The notes under the pieces were generated by a model. The model was not told where the DNA came from and ran no database searches. It saw only the letters and a list, made by a program, of their open reading frames with translations. 64,000 bases of DNA, from assembly GCA_021604505.1 (NCBI GenBank), contig BQJC01000004.1, positions 88,117-152,116 of the forward strand. The letters are read 5' to 3'. Below, one piece after another: positions 9,272 to 18,687 of this stretch. Positions within the stretch are counted from its first letter, which is position 1, and every line of letters starts with the position of its first letter. A program made the translations under genes and the position numbers. The stretch is from Nitrospinaceae bacterium (lineage in GTDB: Bacteria > Nitrospinota > Nitrospinia > Nitrospinales > VA-1).

Positions 9272-10452
9272 CCGTCCAGCGCGATCACTTCGATTTTTTC
9301 CAGCGCGTCCCGCATCAAGTCCTGCCAGGGAAAGGAAGATTCGTCTCTCTCCAGCTTTTCTTTCTTACTCTTTGTCGCCGGGCGCGGCGGCATGAAAACC
9401 GAACAACAGTCCGGTTGCGGTTCGATGCTTATGGGGTAGGTCTCAATTTTTTTCGCCTGCCCGATGATGTCCTGCTTATCCATGCCGATCAACGGCCGAA
9501 ACACGCTCGCCGCAACGACATGCGAAACCGCCGCCAGATTTTCCAAAGTCTGAGAAGCCACCTGTCCCAGCGATTCCCCGGTCACCAGCCCCAGAAAGTG
9601 GTTTTTTTCAGCCACCGCCTCGGCGATGCGGTACATCATCCGGCGGTACAAGACAACGCGATTCTCCGGTGAGCAATGGTCGCGGATCGCCACTTGCATA
9701 TCCTGAAAAGGAACCACATAAACTTTTCCCCGCGATTGGTAACGGTTGAGAACCTGGCCCAGCTTGAGCACCTTATCGTACCCTCCCCTGCCCAGAAACG
9801 GCTGATTGTCAAAAAAAATAAAGTTCACCCGGCACCCCCGGCGCATCATGTAAAACGAAGCCACCGGGCTGTCGATGCCTCCCGAAAGCAGGCTTAAAAC
9901 GGTGCCCGAACAACCGACGGGCAAGCCACGGATTCCGGGAATGCGGTGATCGAACAAAACCGTCTCGCCAAGACCCAGCTCAATTTCAATCACAACTTCC
10001 GCCTCATTGATGTTGACGGTCAAACCCTTCTCCGCAAGGGCGGTCATGATCCTGGACCCCACTTCAAAACTGACCTCCGGCGAAGTCTTGGGAAACGATT
10101 TATCGCTGCGCCGCGTCTGCACACAGAATTTCATCTCCTGGCCGGAGCGTAACTGCGGCTCGAGCAATTCAATTCCCAAAGCCGCCATTTCATCAAAATC
10201 GGGATTGACAGGAAACCCGACACTGAACGAGGCAATGCCGGGGACATAAGGCAGGCGTTGGGCACATTCTTTAGCTACCTGGGAAGACGTGTCGATCATG
10301 ATGCGGCCGCGGGGAAGCCGGTAACGAATCCCTTCCAGCCCGTCAAACGCTCGCTTGATATTGTCCAAAAGGCAGTTCTCGAAAAACTTTCGATTCCGCC
10401 CCTTCAGGCCAATTTCATCGTAGCGGATCAGCAGGGTCCGGGCATCGTTCAT
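9256..10452 (-). CDS. thiI: tRNA 4-thiouridine synthase ThiI (no rhodanese domain)
   Basis: N-terminal ferredoxin-like/THUMP region (IRYDEIGLKGRNR) and PP-loop SGGIDSPVA. 398 aa. Confidence 0.85.
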   Translation of the reverse strand: MNDARTLLIRYDEIGLKGRNRKFFENCLLDNIKRAFDGLEGIRYRLPRGRIMIDTSSQVAKECAQRLPYVPGIASFSVGFPVNPDFDEMAALGIELLEPQLRSGQEMKFCVQTRRSDKSFPKTSPEVSFEVGSRIMTALAEKGLTVNINEAEVVIEIELGLGETVLFDHRIPGIRGLPVGCSGTVLSLLSGGIDSPVASFYMMRRGCRVNFIFFDNQPFLGRGGYDKVLKLGQVLNRYQSRGKVYVVPFQDMQVAIRDHCSPENRVVLYRRMMYRIAEAVAEKNHFLGLVTGESLGQVASQTLENLAAVSHVVAASVFRPLIGMDKQDIIGQAKKIETYPISIEPQPDCCSVFMPPRPATKSKKEKLERDESSFPWQDLMRDALEKIEVIALDGQVAV

Positions 10453-11672
10453 TTTCCCGCCGCGTTCTTATTAGAAAACGTTGGATAAAGGGCATCGTGA
10501 GCTTTGCCGAATGCATCGAGAAACCGATCGACCTCTTGCAATGTATTCTGGCGGCCAAATGAAATTCTCAGACTGCAGCGCGCCTCTTCTACCGTCAGCC
10601 CCAGTCCGGTGAGGATTTTTGAAGGCTCCTTGGAATGGGCGCTGCACGCGCTTCCCAACCCCACGTAAATGTCTTGTTCTTCCAGATGATGCAGAAGCAC
10701 TTCTCCTTCGACCGGCGGAAAACTGAAATTAACCATGGACGGAGACTGACGCATCACATCGTCCACCGGCAGAGAATTGAACCGCAGGTTAAAATTAGGC
10801 GAGCGTTCGGATAGTTCCCGCAAACCTTCAATGAGATGACTGTGCAATTTTCTAAGGTGAGCCTGGGTTTCATCGACCCGCTCCACGGCCAGTTGGACGG
10901 CTTTTGCCAGCCCCAGAATCAAAGGCGCCGGCAAGGTTCCCGAGCGCACGCCAAACTGTTGCCTGCCGCCATGAATCTGCGGATTCAACGCCAACCGGGA
11001 ATCATAGATCAACAAACCGATCCCCTTCGGACCGTTTATTTTGTGGCCGGAGATAGAATATCCGGCCAATCCCGGCCAGGTTCCCGGCGACAGAGCGAGT
11101 TTGCCGACCGCCTGCACGCCATCCAGAAATATCCGGGTTTGAGGAGAATCACTTTTTATCGCCGCAACCACGCTTTCCGGATCGTTGACCGTTCCCAGTT
11201 CGTTATTCACATGCGACAGGCAAAGAAGCCGGACCCGGTTTTTTTTGAGGACGGGAATGGCGCTTTGCAAATCCAGCCTTCCCTCTTTTTGATACTCCAA
11301 TAAATTAAAGGGTTCGTTGCCAAATTCCGCCAGATACTTCAACGTATCCACAACGCTGGGATGTTCCAGCCCCAAATAAGCGGCCTTTTTATCCGGAAAA
11401 CAAATTCCCTTGATGAACAGATTGTTCGATTCACTGCCGCCGCTGGTAAATACCAGACGGTGAGTGGATGGCACACCGAGTGCATCTGCAATTTTCTCCG
11501 CCGCCCTTTCGATGCATTTCCTGGCATCCAGCCCGATCCGGTAGACCGCGCCCGAATTGGCAAAGTCCTGGCGCATCGATTCCGCGATGACTTCAATCAC
11601 TGCTGGGTCCACAGGGGTTGTAGCGGCGTTGTCCAGATAAATCATTTCGGTGTTTGCATCCCTTTGTTTCAT
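10449..11672 (-). CDS. Cysteine desulfurase (NifS/IscS family)
   Basis: IYLDNAATTP, PLP-lysine motif SGHKINGPKGIG, and active-site loop GSACSAHSKEPS. 4-nt overlaps with both neighbours. Confidence 0.85.
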   Translation of the reverse strand: MKQRDANTEMIYLDNAATTPVDPAVIEVIAESMRQDFANSGAVYRIGLDARKCIERAAEKIADALGVPSTHRLVFTSGGSESNNLFIKGICFPDKKAAYLGLEHPSVVDTLKYLAEFGNEPFNLLEYQKEGRLDLQSAIPVLKKNRVRLLCLSHVNNELGTVNDPESVVAAIKSDSPQTRIFLDGVQAVGKLALSPGTWPGLAGYSISGHKINGPKGIGLLIYDSRLALNPQIHGGRQQFGVRSGTLPAPLILGLAKAVQLAVERVDETQAHLRKLHSHLIEGLRELSERSPNFNLRFNSLPVDDVMRQSPSMVNFSFPPVEGEVLLHHLEEQDIYVGLGSACSAHSKEPSKILTGLGLTVEEARCSLRISFGRQNTLQEVDRFLDAFGKAHDALYPTFSNKNAAGK

Positions 11673-12223
11673 GAATCGTAAGGCGGCACTAAATCCTGAG
11701 GCATCCCGATCTGGTCCATGATCCGGGCCACGACGAAATCGATGAGATCATCCATGGTTTTTTGCCCCTGGTAAAATCCTGGAGACGCAGGAAGGATCAA
11801 TCCGCCCGCCTGATCCAGGGTCAGAAGATTTTTTAAGTGGATGGTGCTGAAGGGAGTTTCCCTGGGAACCAGGATCAGTTTCCTTTTCTCTTTCAAAGTC
11901 ACATCCGCCACCCGTTCGATCAGGGTTTCCGAAACCCCCGAGGCGATCCGGCCAATCGTCCCCATACTTGCTGGAACGATCACCATCGCATCGGTCGGAA
12001 ACGAACCACTGGCGATCGATGCGTTGATCTTGGAATTTTTGTGAACGGTGACATTCTCCTTTTGAAAGTAGGAAACCTTCAAACCCAGCTCCAGGTTCAA
12101 CAGCTCCGTCCCCCGCTCGGACACGATGACGTGCAGTTCCGCCTTCGGTTGCAGACAGTCAAACAACCGCTTGGCATAGGCCGCCCCGCTCGCTCCGGTG
12201 ATTCCCAGCACAAACCGCTTCAT
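11669..12223 (-). CDS. ubiX: Flavin prenyltransferase UbiX
   Basis: GITGASGAAYA at the N-terminus, VIVPASMGT, 184 aa. Confidence 0.85.
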   Translation of the reverse strand: MKRFVLGITGASGAAYAKRLFDCLQPKAELHVIVSERGTELLNLELGLKVSYFQKENVTVHKNSKINASIASGSFPTDAMVIVPASMGTIGRIASGVSETLIERVADVTLKEKRKLILVPRETPFSTIHLKNLLTLDQAGGLILPASPGFYQGQKTMDDLIDFVVARIMDQIGMPQDLVPPYDS

Positions 12224-12840
12224 TTCTTACCTTCCAAAGCTATCAAAGCATCCACCTCGGTGCGTAATTTGGCATGCACCTCGTCCGGAGGCGGCTCTGT
12301 ATCAATCCGGCGGATCACCGGATCTGAAAAAGAGTCGAAGATCTGCTGAACCTTCTGCAAATAATCCAGCTTTTCAAAAGATGTCTTCTCCGACCGCGAC
12401 TTCTGGATTCGCTCCAGGCATTGTTCCGGCGACGCGACGAAAAGAAACACAAGGTCCGGTTTGGGAGCAAAAGCTTCATTTTCCCGAAGTATTTGTTCGG
12501 GGTCGAACCCCAGCGCTCCCTGATAAGCCGCCGTCGAATAATAATAGCGGTCCAGAATAATGATCTTTTTCTGATCCAGGCCGGGCCGAATATTTTTCTC
12601 CACATCCTCTTTTCGGTCATTGATGAACCAGCGCAACTCTTCCTCAGGAGACACGTCACCCCGTCCCTCGGTCAGCAGTTTGCGGATCTTCATTCCCCAG
12701 GGCCCTTGAGTCGGCTCGAACAGTCTCAAAACCGGAAATCCACTGGATTTCAAATAGTCGGCCAGCAGACGGCAATGGGTGCTTTTTCCGGTCCCGTCGA
12801 TGCCTTCAAAAACGATCAAATAGCCCCGGTTGAGTTTCAA
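12220..12840 (-). CDS. tmk: Thymidylate kinase
   Basis: FEGIDGTGKST P-loop and LDRYYYST. 206 aa. Confidence 0.9.
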   Translation of the reverse strand: MKLNRGYLIVFEGIDGTGKSTHCRLLADYLKSSGFPVLRLFEPTQGPWGMKIRKLLTEGRGDVSPEEELRWFINDRKEDVEKNIRPGLDQKKIIILDRYYYSTAAYQGALGFDPEQILRENEAFAPKPDLVFLFVASPEQCLERIQKSRSEKTSFEKLDYLQKVQQIFDSFSDPVIRRIDTEPPPDEVHAKLRTEVDALIALEGKK

Positions 12841-12918
12841 CCTTCCTCCCTTTTTTAGCCAAATAGCTTATTTTATATGAGTTTATTAGATAATCCCAAT
12901 GGAAACAACCCGTAGTGG

Positions 12919-12960
12919 AAAACAAAAAGAAAAAGCCGCCCACCCGGCAAGGTGGACGGC
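12919..12960 (-). terminator. Rho-independent terminator downstream of the chemoreceptor gene
   Basis: 10-bp GC-rich stem (12935-12944 / 12951-12960, one mismatch). On the minus strand it is followed by a T-rich tract (plus-strand A-tract 12919-12934). Confidence 0.65.
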
Positions 12961-13002
12961 TTTTCAACCGGTTAAACTTAGTTGCCAGTCAACTCACAGA
13001 TA

Positions 13003-15456
13003 TCAATATTTGAACTGACTGACCAGTTTCTGCAGACTCTGAGCCATTCGCGAGAGCTCGTTAGCCGCCTCTTGCGTTTGACCGACCCCAGAGGAGGTTT
13101 CCTGAGCGGCCTGAGCCACGCCGGAAATGTTTTCGGAAATTTCGGCACTTCCTCTGGAGGTTTCAGCGACATTTCGGCCAATTTCCGCCGTTGTCGCCGT
13201 CTGTTCTTCTACGGCGCTGGCGATGGTGTTTGAAATATCGTTGATCTGATTGATGATTTGCGTGATCTCACCGATGGCATCCACCGAACTTTTGGTGTCC
13301 TGTTGAATGGCTTCGATTTTTTGACTGATGTCCTCCGTGGCTTTGGCCGTTTGGTTCGCCAGTTCCTTAACCTCGTTGGCGACGACCGCAAAGCCTTTTC
13401 CGGCTTCCCCGGCACGTGCCGCCTCGATAGTGGCGTTTAGGGCCAGGAGATTGGTCTGCTCCGCGATCGAGGTGATGACCTTGATCACCTGACCGACCTC
13501 CGCACTGCTGTCTCCCAGTTTCGCGACGGTCTGATTAGTGGTTTCCGCAACCTCTACCGCGGATTTTGCCACCCGGGCCGCTTCGTTGGCGTTCTGAGCA
13601 ATTTCCTTGATACTCGCGCTCATTTCATCTGCCCCGGTAGAAACCGTTTGAACATTTTTACTGATCTGCTCAGTTGCGGCTGACACGACATTGGCCTGAG
13701 CGGAAGTTTCCTCGGCGTTTCCGGCCATGGTCTGGCTCACCGAGGTCAACTCCTCTGAAGAACTGCCCAGAGTCTGCGCCATATTCGCAATTTCAGAAAT
13801 GCTGTTTCTAAGATTCTTGAAAAATCCAGACAACCCTTCACCCATTCGACCAATAGCGTCTTCGCCCTTAATCGCAATTTCCTGGGTCAGGTCCCCTTGG
13901 GAAGCGCTGCTCACAACCCCAAGGATACTATCCACTTTTTCACGCAATTCCTGTGCCTGATGCTGGTCGCGCTCAACCATTTCTTGAGCTTTTTTCTCAT
14001 TTTCGATCTTTTCAGTGACCACCTGCCAGGAGAGCATTGGGCCAAGATAAGTGCCTTCTTTGTCGAAAATTCCCGCGACCATAACGTCAAAGGTTTCCGG
14101 GCCAAATTTAATCAATGACTGATGCGGTGAACCATTGGAATTTGAAATACTATTCCTTGCATCGTTCGGGATTTGATAAATAACGTCCATTGACTGGCCA
14201 ATCAGTTCCTCCGACGAAACTGAAAGATGCTGGCTCAATTTCGAGAAGAGTTGCTTGGCCGCCGGGTTGACGTAACGGATATTGAAATCCGTATCGGCGT
14301 AAACCATATAGCCTGGGTTGTTTTCCACCATTCCTGCCACCCGCGCCATCTGGGTTTCCGCTTCCACTTTTTCTGTCACGATTTCCCAGGACAACATCGG
14401 CCCGAGATATTCATGGTTCTGATCGAAAACAGCACTGACGGCGATATCGATTTTTTCCTCCCCGACAGTAATCAACGTATGTATTGGAAGGTTATTGGGA
14501 TCGGATACAATTCTTCGCTGATGATCCGGATTTTTGTGGAAAAGATCGATGGATTGCCCAATGATGTTGTCCTCGCCCACCGGCAGAAATTTTTCCAGTT
14601 TCTTCATTATTTTTTTGGATTCCGCGTTCAAGTATTGGATATTCCAGTTTTTGTCCGCGAACATGGCCCCTTTCGGAGTATTTTCCATCATCGAAACAAT
14701 TTTAGCGGTTTCCGTTTCCGATCTTTTCATCGACCGCATGAACATCCAGACGCCGGCAACCATCATGCCTACTAAAACCAGACAAAAAGCAGTAATACCG
14801 ATCACGCGGCTCAACATGGAATCATTCGCCACAAGTTGCGTGTCGATGGGAGAAATGACCTCAAGCACACCCCGCACGTCTCCCAATTTCCAATTATTTT
14901 TCGGAGTATCAGCACGGCTGTTGTGACAGTTGACACAGGCTTCAGCGATCATCCTGTCCGCCACCGCCACACGCACGACTTCCTGTCCGTTCAGCGATTC
15001 CTGTCTTACAAAAGAATCATCAGGATTGGCTCTAAAAAATGCCAATGCATCCGTCCCGAAACCATCCAGTTTCCTGTCTGCTCTGTTCGGGAAAGGAAAT
15101 TCACTGTAAAGTTTTAATTTCACTTTATCTTCGCCTTTTTTACTCAACAATGCACTCATGTCATGAATCAAAGTGGCAGGCAGGGGAATCCCGTCAGGCA
15201 TGGTTTCGTGATCGTAGGAAATTTTCAAACCGGTATCGTTCCCCTTGACTTTTTTAATGACGCTTTTAACGTAATACGCTCTCAGGGTTTTGAATTGATC
15301 AATAATGGATAACGCATTCAGCTTACTTCCTTCCTGGGTATTATGAAGGCTGGTATTAGAAATATAGATAATGAGCCCCACAATGCTAATTGCCAGAACC
15401 CCCACAACCGAAAACATCATTTTTGCCATGTGTTTTTTTAAAAACGCTTCATTCAT
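13003..15456 (-). CDS. Methyl-accepting chemotaxis protein with a periplasmic CXXCH (heme-c type) sensor domain and two PAS-like repeats
   Basis: TM1 ([18 protein letters not shown]). Periplasmic domain carrying [28 protein letters not shown], which resembles the Tll0287-like/DUF3365 domain. TM2. Two homologous PAS-like units of about 105 aa, both ending LGPMLSW(E/Q)(I/V)VTEK. C-terminal MCP signalling core [31 protein letters not shown]. Confidence 0.85.
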   Translation of the reverse strand: MNEAFLKKHMAKMMFSVVGVLAISIVGLIIYISNTSLHNTQEGSKLNALSIIDQFKTLRAYYVKSVIKKVKGNDTGLKISYDHETMPDGIPLPATLIHDMSALLSKKGEDKVKLKLYSEFPFPNRADRKLDGFGTDALAFFRANPDDSFVRQESLNGQEVVRVAVADRMIAEACVNCHNSRADTPKNNWKLGDVRGVLEVISPIDTQLVANDSMLSRVIGITAFCLVLVGMMVAGVWMFMRSMKRSETETAKIVSMMENTPKGAMFADKNWNIQYLNAESKKIMKKLEKFLPVGEDNIIGQSIDLFHKNPDHQRRIVSDPNNLPIHTLITVGEEKIDIAVSAVFDQNHEYLGPMLSWEIVTEKVEAETQMARVAGMVENNPGYMVYADTDFNIRYVNPAAKQLFSKLSQHLSVSSEELIGQSMDVIYQIPNDARNSISNSNGSPHQSLIKFGPETFDVMVAGIFDKEGTYLGPMLSWQVVTEKIENEKKAQEMVERDQHQAQELREKVDSILGVVSSASQGDLTQEIAIKGEDAIGRMGEGLSGFFKNLRNSISEIANMAQTLGSSSEELTSVSQTMAGNAEETSAQANVVSAATEQISKNVQTVSTGADEMSASIKEIAQNANEAARVAKSAVEVAETTNQTVAKLGDSSAEVGQVIKVITSIAEQTNLLALNATIEAARAGEAGKGFAVVANEVKELANQTAKATEDISQKIEAIQQDTKSSVDAIGEITQIINQINDISNTIASAVEEQTATTAEIGRNVAETSRGSAEISENISGVAQAAQETSSGVGQTQEAANELSRMAQSLQKLVSQFKY

Positions 15457-15826
15457 CGCTTCTTCCTCCCCCTAGGGCTTCTAAATGAAATTTGTAAAAT
15501 ATTTAATGATTGCCGATTGGTCTGATTATCTGAAGAATCCACTTAGTTATTCTAGACTATAAATGTAAATCTGTAAATATAATTAGTTGTTTTTTATGAT
15601 GTTTTGCTATATTAACCAGAAGATTAAAACATTTAACTTCGAATGGCTGTGCCTTTATATCGGAAAAAAACGGATTCGGGATGGTTGGTTGCAAACGGAT
15701 ATTTTTTATTTGATAATGGGCTCGCCGAATTATGGAAAGTCTGCTTAGAAACAGCTTGCTTGATTTATCGGCTTTTATAGTCAATAAGTTAATAATAAAG
15801 GTAAGTGAAAAGGGTAAACGATCAAA

Positions 15827-16360
15827 GTGAAGCGTTTTTTCAAAGTCCTGGGCTGGGTTTGTCTGGGGATATTTTTACAATTCAAATTCAACGTGCTATA
15901 CGGCATCGTCTTTCTTGAAAACCTGAATTTCCACGATCGAACCTATATTGTAAAAATGGGGCTCACCCCTGTCACTGAAGGGGCGAAAGTCCTGAATATT
16001 GAAACCACCGTCCACCACTCCCTGGGGTCTGATTACTTTGCTACCGTTTATATCCCAATAGGTTATAAAGTTTTGAATCAAAAAGTCTACCAGGGAACCG
16101 AAGCGATTGAAGGCTACCAGGCGTACCAAATGAATATGAAACGCCGTTACCGGGATGTTCTGGCCACAGCGGATTTTATTATCTCCCCTGAAAAGTCAGC
16201 GAAAGAAACTCCCGCGAATCCAATTCTAGTGCAATTTGAAAACCTCGATCAACTCCTGCATAAAGATTCCACCTACCTTCTCTCCATAAAAAACAAGCAG
16301 GTCAGTTTGGAAGGCCCTGAAATGGCCGAAGCCAAATACCCGCAAAAATTTGGTATGTAG
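15827..16360 (+). CDS. Hypothetical protein with an N-terminal hydrophobic segment
   Basis: 177-aa ORF with a GTG start. No motif I recognise. It sits in an otherwise empty AT-rich gap. Confidence 0.4.
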   Translation: MKRFFKVLGWVCLGIFLQFKFNVLYGIVFLENLNFHDRTYIVKMGLTPVTEGAKVLNIETTVHHSLGSDYFATVYIPIGYKVLNQKVYQGTEAIEGYQAYQMNMKRRYRDVLATADFIISPEKSAKETPANPILVQFENLDQLLHKDSTYLLSIKNKQVSLEGPEMAEAKYPQKFGM

Positions 16361-16388
16361 CCGATGATTTTGCGATACGATAATAGGT

Positions 16389-17249
16389 ATGAATCCCCGC
16401 ACCAAAGAATTTAAAGACTACTATAAAATCCTGAACGTTCAGGAAATTGCCACAGATGTGGAAATCAAAAAAGCTTACCGCAAGCTCGCCCTGGAAAATC
16501 ATCCCGACCACCATCCCGATGACCCCAAAAGCGAAGACCGGTTCAAGGAAATCACCGAAGCTTACGGAGTTTTGATTGACCCTGCCAAAAGGCGCGAATA
16601 CGATCTCTTCCGGGCGGCCACGCTCTCAGGAAACGGTCCTGGTTCAAACCCGTTCAGCTATTCCCAGGAAGATATCTTTGAAAATATGTTTCGCCAGGGA
16701 AACGCACGCGACATTTTTGAAGAGCTGAACCGGGAGTTTGCCAAATCCGGCGTCCGGTCGGGCAACCCCTTTTTCCAATCCATGCTTTTTGGCGGTGCTC
16801 TGGGCGGCTTGACGCGCATCCTGGGCATGATCCCCGGTCCACTGGGCAAAATCGGTTATGGGATCCGAATCGCACAAATGGTCGGTTCCTCTTTCATGGC
16901 ATACAACCAGATGCGGCAGGCGCAAAAAAAAGCCTCGCCTGATGGCAGCGAACCGCCGCCGGACATCCTGGACTCGGTCAAGGGAGCCTTAAAAAAGGGC
17001 GTTCATACCATCACCGGTCCTGGGCAAAATTCAGCGAACATCAATTTGTCCATCACGGTACCGGCTGTGGAAGCAATGACGGGCGCACGCAAGAAAATCT
17101 CCTACAAGCTGGGCGATGACACGGAACGGTTGGTCGTCAGCATCCCTCCTCAATTTCCTCCGAATGGGAAATTACGGATTCCTCAAAAGGGCCGGCTGAT
17201 AAACGGCAAACGCGGAGACTTGTTTCTCACCGTTAAAATCGAAACATAA
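16389..17249 (+). CDS. J-domain protein (DnaJ/CbpA-like, no zinc finger)
   Basis: J domain YYKILNVQEIATDVEIKKAYRKLALENHPDHH. The C-terminal GDLFLTVKIE resembles the end of a DnaJ C-terminal domain. Confidence 0.75.
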   Translation: MNPRTKEFKDYYKILNVQEIATDVEIKKAYRKLALENHPDHHPDDPKSEDRFKEITEAYGVLIDPAKRREYDLFRAATLSGNGPGSNPFSYSQEDIFENMFRQGNARDIFEELNREFAKSGVRSGNPFFQSMLFGGALGGLTRILGMIPGPLGKIGYGIRIAQMVGSSFMAYNQMRQAQKKASPDGSEPPPDILDSVKGALKKGVHTITGPGQNSANINLSITVPAVEAMTGARKKISYKLGDDTERLVVSIPPQFPPNGKLRIPQKGRLINGKRGDLFLTVKIET

Positions 17250-17376
17250 AACTGTTCACCGGCTTTCTCCCCGATTGATCTCAAAAGTATTTCCCAAACT
17301 GATTTTATTTTCATCCCCACCAGCGTATAATCAATTGTAATTTCATTACTTATTTTTATTTTCGGTCGACGAACGG

Positions 17377-18687
17377 ATGCCTTACCGATACCTCAGCAAT
17401 CATCGAGGATATTTAATATCACTCCTTTTATTCGCGGTCGTTGCCTGCGGTAAAACCAACGCCGAAGACAAGGGAGGAAAGCCGGACAATCCTGTACCGG
17501 TAGTCGTTGCCCAGGTAAAAAAACAAGCGGCTATCGTCAATATAGAACTGCCGGGAACCATCCTCGCCTGGTCGACCACCCGCATGGCGGCTGAAATCGA
17601 TGGACGGGTGGAAAAGTTTTTCTACCAGGAAGGCGAGTATGTCCAAAAAGGCAAACCTATTGTGCAACTGCACACGCGGCCTCTGGAACTGGAGCTGGAT
17701 TTTGCCATGGCGGAAAGGGAACGCGCCGCCAACCGCCTGGAAGAATTGCAAACCGGAACACGGGTGGAGGTTCTGGATGCAGCCAAGGCGGCTTTGAATA
17801 AAGCCGAGGCCCGGGTTGAACTGACGAATCAGGAATATAAGCGGATTAAAAAATTAAAGGACGACGGCGTATTGAGCGTCAATGAATATGACAACGCAGT
17901 GGCTCAATGGGAAGAAGCCAGGGCGCAATTCAATGAGAGCAAAGCCAAATTGGATGAACACCTTGCCGGTCCCCGGATCGAACAGATCCAGCAGGAGGAA
18001 GCCAGTCTCTCTGCCGCGGAAGCGAAAGTCAATATCATAAAAGATCAAATCCACCGGGGAACGGCTTTTGCTCCCTTTAATGGCTTTCTGATCAAAAAAG
18101 AAACGGAAATCGGACAATGGCTGGAAAAAGGCGAGCCTTTGTTCACTCTGATTGCGGTCAACCCGGTCAAGGCGGAAGTGAACTTGCCGCAATCCCAGTT
18201 CAACAAGATCCAGCTGGGAATGCCCGCACAGGTGATATTGGAAACGGAAGATCCCAACGAGTCCAACCGGATTTTTAAGGGAAAAGTCATAGAGAAGATT
18301 CAATCCGGAGACCCGCAGTCCCGCACCTTTCCGGTACGAATTAAAATCGACAATCCCAAATCGGAAATCGCCGTTGGCATGCTGGTCCGTGTCCGATTCC
18401 ATCAGTCAACCCGGAAAAAACCACGCCTTTATGTTCCCAAAGACGCTCTGGTCCGTTCTCCTTTTGCCACCGTGGTCTGGCGGGTGGATAAAAAGGAAGA
18501 TCAAACCCATCGGGTTGAAAAAGTATCCGTGAAGACCGGTGATATATCTGAGAGCCTGATTTCCATAGACCCGGAAAATGATGGCATCAAAGAAAACGAT
18601 TGGGTGGTGGTGCATGGAAATGAGCGGCTTCGACCGGGAGGTCAAGTCAACGTCACCCAAAGCCCTCCTTCGCAAAAATCTCCATGA
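17377..18687 (+). CDS. RND efflux periplasmic adaptor (membrane fusion protein)
   Basis: Lipobox-like VVACG, a coiled-coil hairpin region, and beta-barrel/MP segments typical of the HlyD/AcrA family. Overlaps the downstream RND pump gene (ATGA). Confidence 0.8.
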   Translation: MPYRYLSNHRGYLISLLLFAVVACGKTNAEDKGGKPDNPVPVVVAQVKKQAAIVNIELPGTILAWSTTRMAAEIDGRVEKFFYQEGEYVQKGKPIVQLHTRPLELELDFAMAERERAANRLEELQTGTRVEVLDAAKAALNKAEARVELTNQEYKRIKKLKDDGVLSVNEYDNAVAQWEEARAQFNESKAKLDEHLAGPRIEQIQQEEASLSAAEAKVNIIKDQIHRGTAFAPFNGFLIKKETEIGQWLEKGEPLFTLIAVNPVKAEVNLPQSQFNKIQLGMPAQVILETEDPNESNRIFKGKVIEKIQSGDPQSRTFPVRIKIDNPKSEIAVGMLVRVRFHQSTRKKPRLYVPKDALVRSPFATVVWRVDKKEDQTHRVEKVSVKTGDISESLISIDPENDGIKENDWVVVHGNERLRPGGQVNVTQSPPSQKSP

